Source of the DNA: Nemertoderma westbladi
Lineage: Eukaryota; Animalia; Xenacoelomorpha
Direction: 5' to 3'
Assembly (NCBI GenBank): GCA_032718475.1
Contig: JAUCBJ010005628.1
Coordinates: forward strand, 1-53,449
DNA length: 53,449 nucleotides
The notes below the pieces were generated by a model that saw only the letters and a program-made list of their open reading frames with translations, was not told the origin of the DNA and ran no database searches. A program made the translations under genes and the position numbers. Below, in pieces: positions 45,001-53,449 of this stretch (positions are counted from its first letter, which is position 1; every line of letters begins with the position of its first letter).

Positions 45001-45600
45001 AAACTTATGGCAGTTTAGTTGAAAATGTTCTTGCACACAAACAATATCTCCACACAAAACCAATGTTTTAACAAAGTCGATCTTATCGGGAGAAAAACCG
45101 GTCAAGTTATAAGAAATCATAGTTAGTTTGGATTTGATTGAGGATTTTGTACCCTCGTTATAGAGTTGTACAGGTTCCATTGTACCGCTAAGAAAGTATC
45201 ACGTGTTTATTGGGACTGGGGATAACCGTTAACCGAATACCTGTTATACCACAGGCATACACAAATACTTCGCGGCCATGTTGCCGGTTCCAGTGTAGCT
45301 TTCATATCCTTGGAGTCAACCTGAACCTGAAAGCTTGCAGTACGCGCTTCCTCATGAGAGGTTCTCTTCACTCTCTTCTCGTTAACGTGAACACCCTTTC
45401 CTATGAGGAATTCAACTATATCAGTGACCGTCGCAGATGTACGGCCGACCGATCTGCTGTATCATGGTGATTTACAATATCAAAGTTATACATCTCGAAT
45501 AATGCAGATTTTGCTGCATATATCTCATCTCCTGTAAATCGCGAAAGACAGGCTGAAGAGGCCACCGCATCGGGATAAGAGGATAGACCTTGGACCATCA
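42010..45600 (-). mobile_element. Decayed near-full-length CR1/L2-group LINE (ORF1 remnant, APE, RT, (AAT)n tail)
   Basis: APE ISYNLTG, CVQEH, GRPSGG, NVYFP, CGDFNAD, TIDHF; YADD at ~42944-42955; HLG, FYGSPIW; ORF1-like FTGDEIYAAKSAL; (TAT)n at 42008-42036; part of a 42010-46586 insertion absent from duplication copy 1. Confidence 0.9.
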
Positions 45601-45777
45601 AGACAGGAGTTCACAATAATCTTCTTCCCAGACACCTACAAGACAATTGTTTCTCTCTAGACCTAAATCTACTTGCAATTGTCTGACGTCCCCAATACAC
45701 ATATTCTGACTCTGAGAGGTACTACCGATACCGGTTTCTTCGTTTGGCAGCGTCTCCATAAAATCAGGTAATCAGGT

Positions 45778-46094
45778 AAATTCCGTTGTACATCACACGA
45801 CTTTCAAATTGAGACCGGGCGGTGGCGTAGGGTTCCGCGAACTGAAAGAATTTGCGAACTATGTAACCTGAACCAAATAGAAGACTAACTGCATTTTGTA
45901 CTCGTTTGTCCCAAATATTCAGAACTCCGTACCAAGTACATCGACAATTGGTACCATCAACGACCCAATCCCCACAAATTCAAGCTTCTGCTATCAAATA
46001 ATTCTCAGGCAATCACATGGAAATTAGCACTATTCTTATTCTATGCGTTCAAAACTCGGTCAAAAATTATCATAGGTAATAATAACTCAAGATA
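45778..46094 (+). mobile_element. LINE ORF2 C-terminal CCHC-domain fragment in the opposite orientation
   Basis: KFRCTSHDFQIETGRWRRVPRTERICELCNLNQIED*LHFVLVCPKYSELRTKYI. Confidence 0.8.
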
Positions 46095-47976
46095 AAAACT
46101 AAATAAATATGATACGATGTACAAACGATAACAAAACATGTGAACATGAACAATAATATGTAAACATAGATTAGTACTGTATAATAATAAACAGTAATTA
46201 AAAATGGAACTGTGTAATAACCCCCACAATTGGCTTCTCAGTTATTGTTATTACAAATTATCCATCACTCTAGTTATTCTCCAGTACTGTTTATTAATAT
46301 CTGTAGGTACAGTATATTATATTGTTATACAGTATATGGCTTGTTAATCCATGTTGTGCAACATAACACCATTACAGTACGTTGTCGCCGCCCCGAAAAC
46401 CAATTATTTATATGATTTACTAAATCTATAGTGGTACCAGTAACTATTCCTGAATCTTTATCTGACAGATGACTCATGGGATCCGGCATAGATGACAGGA
46501 CATCATAGGTATTCGACAGTCTGCTACTTTCCATGGTCAGTACAGCAGTAGGCTACAAGGTATGCTGGTAGCAATTGCTGATTAAGTATGCTTAATTATT
46601 TATTTTAATATTATAAAATCTATGAATGTTGATGAAATTCATATATATTTATGCAAAAACGTTAAGTAACATTTCTTCAGCCATTTGACAATAATTAGGC
46701 AAATAGTTTAACATCTTATTTTCAGCGCGAATTCCTCAGATTTATTCTCCTTAAATGAAACTGGTACTCAATGGGTTTTTAAGGTCACACGACCGAGATA
46801 ACATATTCCTTACAGGGGATTATGTGCTCTTTTCATCGGATTTAATTTAATTTCTGAATTCAGTTTTATTTTTTGGTGGAATCTAGTCATTATCTGTCTG
46901 TCTGTCTTACAATTTGACGGACAGACAGTGATGACCTGAGAACTAAAAGAGATCTCATAAGCTGTTTTCAGTTTTCAAGTTTTCAAACCTCATTAAATTC
47001 TGCTCTAGAAGAAATAAAGGTGGAGGCTCGCTATTATAAAGTGGTATGTTAGAAGGATGAAATTATTGCATACCTGTAAGAATTATTTTGTATTTTTAAA
47101 CAGTGGGATGTAAGGGCCGTAGTTAAAGTTCTCATGTACTTTTGATCCCATGTGATAAATTGGATTAAAATACCACATTGATGAAAATGTCTGATCCCCA
47201 ATAATCACACTCTCCAAAGAGCAAAGCATTTTTCTGAATGAGACACCAGGATGCACCTTATTTCCTGGGTTTTAGGTCTGATAGGATTTCAAAAGTAGAG
47301 CAAGGGAATAGAATATTAGGGATAAAATAAGAGGTTACCGTTACCATAAAAAAAATGTAATTCATGAAAATACTGGCAATGAAATAACAACAATAATTAC
47401 AATCAAGGTTTTATATACACCCAATTGACCAATGATTCCTTACAAGTATGTTTAATTAAATACATAACATGAATGATATGGAAATAGGCGACTCAATCTC
47501 AAGTTTAATCCCTGGGTACACTTGCTTAGAATCAAAGTCATTCGAATCTGGAACATTCATCGAGTCTATATACAGGTAACTTCTCGAAGGAGACTGTATC
47601 TCCGTCAGAATGCAGACGACAAAAATATGTAAATAATTTAAAAATTAATGCATTGAATCCGGATAAACAAATAGTATTACAAACATTACCAAATATTAAT
47701 GCGTAAGTGTTTACTAAAACATAGGCAATGTGTTCTAACACATACTTATATGTTCAATAACGTGAACTCATATTTTCACTAACGGGTACTCATATGTTCA
47801 CTAACGGGTACTCATATGTTCGCTAATATGTGCTCATTTATTCACTTTAACACGTGTGCACGTGTTGAAATGATGTCCATTTAGGGGACTTGAACAATTC
47901 GATCATTATAGGGTAACAGAGCAAGCTAACTACTAAATGGGAAACCAGCAAGAAGAACAATTGGTAGGCAATGGTA

Positions 47977-49443
47977 TTAGGCTGTATCAGATTGATATAT
48001 TAATACAGAATATGATATTAGAAGACTAAATACTGTTAATAGAAATGATTTATCAACAACAAATATATCTAATATAGTGAATCCCCAATTATAGCTCCTT
48101 ATAGTCTGAAACAGTAGTACCATCTGGTTGACCTCCTTGCAGTTGTTATGGTCAATTTTAAATCCTTGTACAGCAAGCAACATAGATTTGTTGAAATAAT
48201 GTTGATTTCCAAAAATCCATAATAACAATCCAATAAGAAAAATTTTCTCTATACCAAATCCAATGAATGACATTGGGTATGTTATATTATTAGTTCCCCT
48301 TTCAAATGTTCCCATCTTTATTCCTTTATATATATAAAAACATAGGATAGGTATTTTCACAGCTAGTAAAATACCAGACCAAATGTTTATCAATTTGTCG
48401 CGTATCTGCAAAAGATTATTAAGGTCATATATTCTGTCATTGATAAACGACAAGATACGTGCATTAATACGGCCCTTCTTGTTGATGTAACACTGAATTT
48501 CGGTAAGATGGAAGGCAAAATCTTCATAACTATCCTGAACTAAGAGCAATGCAAATACATAAAAAGCATACATTACGATATAGATATATAAAGAGGCCAA
48601 AACCCTAGGCGTTATCCAAATGTACCATTGGTCGACATTAAATGGTTGGATAACTAATTCTAGGACACCAACGTAGGAATTTTCGAGGATTCCAATAGCA
48701 AACACCAATATAGTGAATGATCCTGTCAGGATAAAATAGCCCACCAATACTACTTCTAAATAATGTCTCTTACATTTTATTTTTGCTTTCACAGATTCAT
48801 TAATTTCAACCGTCTGTAGCAATTCTAAATCATTACTGGCTTGCTTTTGTATTTTTGTTTTTCTGACACCGCCCATATAAGATTGTAATTCAGCAAAGTA
48901 TGAATTTCTGTAGTTTGTAATATACCACACAAGATATGTAAGCACACTCAAACCACTAATAATTGTTTGACCGAGATCTACCAAAAATATACCACCCTCT
49001 TCATTGTATTTATAAACACATGACACCATGTACGAAAATAAGTTGAAACATATTAAAGTTAAAACTGTTGCAGAATAAATCCAATTATCACAAATTATCC
49101 AAACTATTTTATTAAATAAAGAATCATATATTAGTTGTTTGTAAACACATTCTGGTAAATTCTTCCTCCATCGCAAACCTGCAACTAACATGAATAACAT
49201 ACTTAGACGTGATCTTCTTCTTGTTTCTAATGTATCAGTATCAACTTCTTCATCACCTATGTCATCCAGAGTACTCTTGTTAGTGGAGGATTTGTTTTTG
49301 CCAACGGTTTCAACGACCACCTCACATTCTTTACTAGTACTACCATTTGCGTAATCGGCAATGTAAACGGTTTCTATGTTTGATTTAGATTCTCCATCTT
49401 TATTTGAACAATCTATAATTATGTTCTGTGAATGTCTCTCCAT
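47977..49443 (-). CDS. Gustatory-receptor-like protein, copy 2, 488 aa, intact
   Basis: Colinear with copy 1; about 38 amino-acid differences by manual count; identical C-terminal GR signature. Confidence 0.85.
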   Translation of the reverse strand: MERHSQNIIIDCSNKDGESKSNIETVYIADYANGSTSKECEVVVETVGKNKSSTNKSTLDDIGDEEVDTDTLETRRRSRLSMLFMLVAGLRWRKNLPECVYKQLIYDSLFNKIVWIICDNWIYSATVLTLICFNLFSYMVSCVYKYNEEGGIFLVDLGQTIISGLSVLTYLVWYITNYRNSYFAELQSYMGGVRKTKIQKQASNDLELLQTVEINESVKAKIKCKRHYLEVVLVGYFILTGSFTILVFAIGILENSYVGVLELVIQPFNVDQWYIWITPRVLASLYIYIVMYAFYVFALLLVQDSYEDFAFHLTEIQCYINKKGRINARILSFINDRIYDLNNLLQIRDKLINIWSGILLAVKIPILCFYIYKGIKMGTFERGTNNITYPMSFIGFGIEKIFLIGLLLWIFGNQHYFNKSMLLAVQGFKIDHNNCKEVNQMVLLFQTIRSYNWGFTILDIFVVDKSFLLTVFSLLISYSVLIYQSDTA

Positions 49444-51050
49444 GACAGTAATTTGCGGTAACTATAATATAATATGATGTATGAATGAGTTTTATCTTAT
49501 ATAATATTTACTAAATGTAAACCAATAGATTAATAATAGTAAAATTATGCAAAAGTAGTTTAAAAGAGAGAGGACCATTTTGTAAATCTTGCTGTTGGAA
49601 TTCAAATGAGCCTGAATTTTTTTTTAATACATCAAGGAAGGGCCTTCTATAGGCCCTTAATGTACAACACAAGTTAATGAGTCGGGGTTAGTTCTCTAAA
49701 TATACGGTAACCAATATATTTTTGAACAATTTACACCTTGCGTGTAATAAATATCCCGAGACCTAAGTAGTGCGTTTAAGCAGAGCTAAGTTCGATTTGA
49801 GTTTGTCCCTGTTTGAGTTCTTGCGCCATAGTGGGATGTGAATGTGCATATTATTGTTGTTTATTGTCACTGGATGCATTACCAATAATACTAACAGTGG
49901 CATGCTTACAAGGCATCGACATGTTTCTAAATGGGAGAATGCTACCTGTATTTTTAAATTTCTTCTTGAGAATGAATCACTATATTATTGTTTTGAAGGT
50001 GTCTGGCTACCTCACTAAATAAATAGGTCACTGTAGTTTTAGATTATGTCATGATAAGTGCAAGATGAGTACTATAAGTTGGTACATAGTGGATTGAATT
50101 GGCCCAGTAGTGTTCAATTATTTATCATGTTGAGTGTAAATAAGTCTGCAATGGGAAGAAAGGCCAGTCGTTGAGGCGTACCTGCGTAAATGCAAGGGTG
50201 TAACGAAACTATAGCATCTTACCCCCTCTAACATTTTGTGGAGATGCTGTTCAGTTCGATGATTCACATCTTTGGTTTAAATTGCATATAGGTGTGGGGA
50301 ACTATCAAACTCCTGTCAGTGAACTTTTTATAATTTCTCTGGGTGGATCTGTCGGTTATGTTGAAGAGTATTTTGATCCGGTGTCATATAGACCTCCGCT
50401 TCCGCAAAGGGAATTGGTCTGTCACTGACAACTGTCTAGGATCTGGATATCGGACCAGTTGATGCCTCATTGATGATGCTACCCGATCGCTGGAAGGCAT
50501 ATAATTTGGCCTATCATGATATGCCATTAGTATGGAAATATGATAATATTACTACAAAATAAAATATACTATACAGAAAAACATGTGATATTGTAAGATA
50601 TACTTTTTGATTCCACTCCTTTAATACCGGCCACCCAATATATTACCCAATTAAATCTTGTCACCAGATGACCAGACCACTCTTATCTTCATATTGAAAT
50701 CCCAACTTTCTTGATTAATAATTGATTAATCATATTGGCATTGAGCCTCATTAGTATCCCTGCTCGCTCACTGAAGTGCTACTGCTAGTTCATTATTTCA
50801 CATTACTCTAATGCATATTTTGTCAAATTGACTTATAATAGGAAATAGAATTCATTTTTTATTTAGCCGCCATACAGTTTGCTAGTCATGATGTTGTGAA
50901 TATAAATCTGGAACAGTGTCCTCCTACTAAACTCCTAAAAGAACCCAAAAATAGACAAAAGCACCCTAAAGAATCGAAATTTATTATGACCATTAGAATT
51001 AACCCCGATATAGGATCAAATCTCCTGGCAGATATTATCCTTTCGTTTAA

Positions 51051-52409
51051 ACTGTTGGCAAAAACAAACCCTCCTCTAACGAGAGTACTCTGGATGAAAT
51101 AGGTGATGAAGAAGTTGATAGTGATACATTAGAAACAAGAAGAAGATCATGTCTAAGTATGTCATTCATGTTAGTTGCAGGTTTGCGATGGAGGAAGAAT
51201 ATATAATAATATATAAGAATATATATATAATAATATGTAATATACAACTAATATATGATTCTTCATTTAACAAAATAGTTTGGATGAATTTGTGATAATT
51301 GGATTTATTCTGCAATAGTTTTTACTTTAATATGTTTCAACTTATTTTCGTACATGGTGTCTTGTGTTTATAAATACAATGAAGAGGGTGGTGTGATTTT
51401 TGGTAGGTCGCGGTCAAACAATAATTATTAGTGGTTTGAGTGTGCTTACATATCTTGTGTGGTATATTACAAACTACAGAAATTCATACTTTGCTGAATT
51501 ACAATCTTATATGGGCGGTGTCAGTAAAACAAAAATACAGAAGCATGCCAGTAATGATTTAGAATTGCTACAGACGGTTGAAATTAATGAATCTGTGAAA
51601 GCAAAAATAAAATGTAAGAGACATTATTTAGAAGTAGTATTGGTGGGCTATTTTATCCTGACAGGATCATTCACTATGTTGGCGTTTGCTATTGGAATCC
51701 TCGAAAATTCCTACGTTGGTGTTCTAGAATTAGTTATCCAACCATTTAATGTCGACCAATGGTACATTTGGATAACGCCTAGGGTTTTGGCCTCTTTATA
51801 TATCTATATCGTAATGTATGCTTTTTATGTATTTGCATTGCTCTTAGTTCAGGATAGTTATGAAGATTTTGCCTTCCATCTTACCGAAATTCAGTGTTAC
51901 ATCAACAAGAAGGGCCGTATTAATGCACGTATCTTGTCGTTTATCAATGACAGAATATATGACCTTAATAATCTTTTGCAGAAACGCGACAAATTGATAA
52001 ATTTGGTCTGGTATTTTACTAGCTGTGAAAATACCTATCCTATGTTTTTTGTATATATATGGGAATAAAGATAAGAACAAGTGAAAGGGAAAATAATAAT
52101 ATATCATACCCGATATCATTCATTGGATTTGGAATACAGAAAATTTTTCCTATTGGATTGTTATTATGGATTTTTGGAAATCACCATTCTTTCAACAAAT
52201 CTATGTTGCTTGCCGTACAAGGATTTAAACTTGACCATAACAACTGCAAGGAGGTCAACCAGATGGTACTACTGTTTTAGACTATAAGGAGCTATAATTG
52301 GGGATTCACTATATTAGATATATTTGTTGTTGATAAATCATTTCTATTAACAGTATTTAGTCTTCTAATATCATAATCTTTATTAATATATCAATCTGAT
52401 ACAGCCTAA
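51051..52409 (+). pseudogene. Gustatory-receptor-like pseudogene, copy 3, inverted and 5'-truncated
   Basis: Starts at the VGKNKPSSNEST codons; TA-rich insertion at ~51200-51245, several frameshifts, CAG->TAG near 52278; 3' flank homology runs to ~53137. Confidence 0.9.
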
Positions 52410-53135
52410 TACCATTGCCTACCAATTGTTCTTCTTGCTGGTCTTCCATTTAGTAGTTAGCTTGCTCTGTTACCCTACAATGATCGAATTGTTCGAGTAC
52501 CCTAAATGGACATGAATTCAACACGTGCACGCGTGTTAAAGCACATATTTTTTACATTTATGAGCACATATTAGCGAACATATGAGTACCCGTTAGTGAA
52601 AATATGAGTACCCGTTAGTGAACATATGAGTATGTGTTAGTGAACATATAACTATGTGTTAGAACACATCGCCTATGTTTTAGTAAATACTTACGCATTA
52701 ATATTTGGTAATGTTTGTAATACTTATCCGGATTCAATGCATCAGCACCAGTCGAATCGGTACGTTGAGCAACGGATATCTTATAGTCGGATTTTTAAAT
52801 TATTTACATATTTTTGTCATCTGCATTATGATGGAGATACAGTCTCTTTCGAGAAGTTACCTGTACATCGAATGACTTTGATTCCAAGCAAGTGTACCCA
52901 GGGATTAAACTTGAGATTGAGTCGCCTATTTCCATATCATTCATGTTATGTATTTAATTAAACATACTTGTAAGTATTCATTGGTCAATTGGGTGTATAT
53001 AAAACCTTGATTGTAATTATTGTTGTTATTTCATTGCCAGTATTTTCATGAATTATATTTATTTTATTGTAACGGTAACCTCTTATTTTATCCCTAATAT
53101 TTTATTCCCTTGCTTTACTTTTGAAATCCTATCAG

Positions 53136-53161
<26 letters not shown>

Positions 53162-53168
<7 letters not shown>

Positions 53169-53398
53169 TTACTTAATTGTTCTGCCGCTGCCGGAACTAA
53201 CTCCCAAATGGTAAAACGCTAAAAAGTTTATAAATTTTCGATTATATTACATAATCTTTATCAAATAAACTAAAGCACTACTAAACTATAGACTACTGAA
53301 CTAATGAAACTACTAAATCCCGAGCCCCAGTAACTTTTTAGCGTTTTACCATTTGGGAGTTAGTTCCGGCAGCGGCAGAACAATTAAGTAAATATATA
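53162..53398. mobile_element. MITE with perfect ~67-bp TIRs inserted at a (TA)n tract
   Basis: TATATATTTACTTAATTGTTCTGCCGCTGCCGGAACTAACTCCCAAATGGTAAAACGCTAAAAAGTT (53162-53228) and its exact reverse complement (53332-53398). Confidence 0.9.
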
Positions 53399-53449
53399 TC
53401 TTTCCTTTCTGCGGTTTGGAGAAGTACTACTTGTTATATATAATATATA

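Noticed and set aside
49750-51050. Possible old LINE remnants in the spacer between receptor copies 2 and 3
   Set aside because: Only vague similarity; no motif could be read confidently.

Overview
AT-rich, repeat-dense eukaryotic (invertebrate animal-like) genomic DNA; no prokaryotic operons, rRNA or CRISPR. The left quarter (~1.9-15 kb) holds an unusual BEL/Pao-derived unit on the minus strand. It has an intact 1548-aa Gag-protease ORF from which RT, most of RNase H and integrase have been removed in frame, leaving only their C-terminal motifs. It also has a ~1050-codon orphan ORF broken by two in-frame stops, and a pair of ~0.85-kb diverged inverted repeats enclosing both ORFs. The middle has 23-bp and 28-bp satellites. 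The host genes are a two-exon TCAF/M60-type metallopeptidase (+) converging on an intronless gustatory-receptor-like (7TM ion-channel family) gene (-). This pair was co-duplicated: the TCAF copy is pseudogenised, the receptor copy is intact and diverged mostly in two clusters, and a third inverted receptor pseudogene follows. Between and within these are RTE- and CR1/L2-type LINE remnants (one a four-part mosaic), tRNA-derived SINEs and several MITE/TIR elements (piggyBac-like, P/hAT-like). All family calls come from motif recognition by eye, not from database searches.
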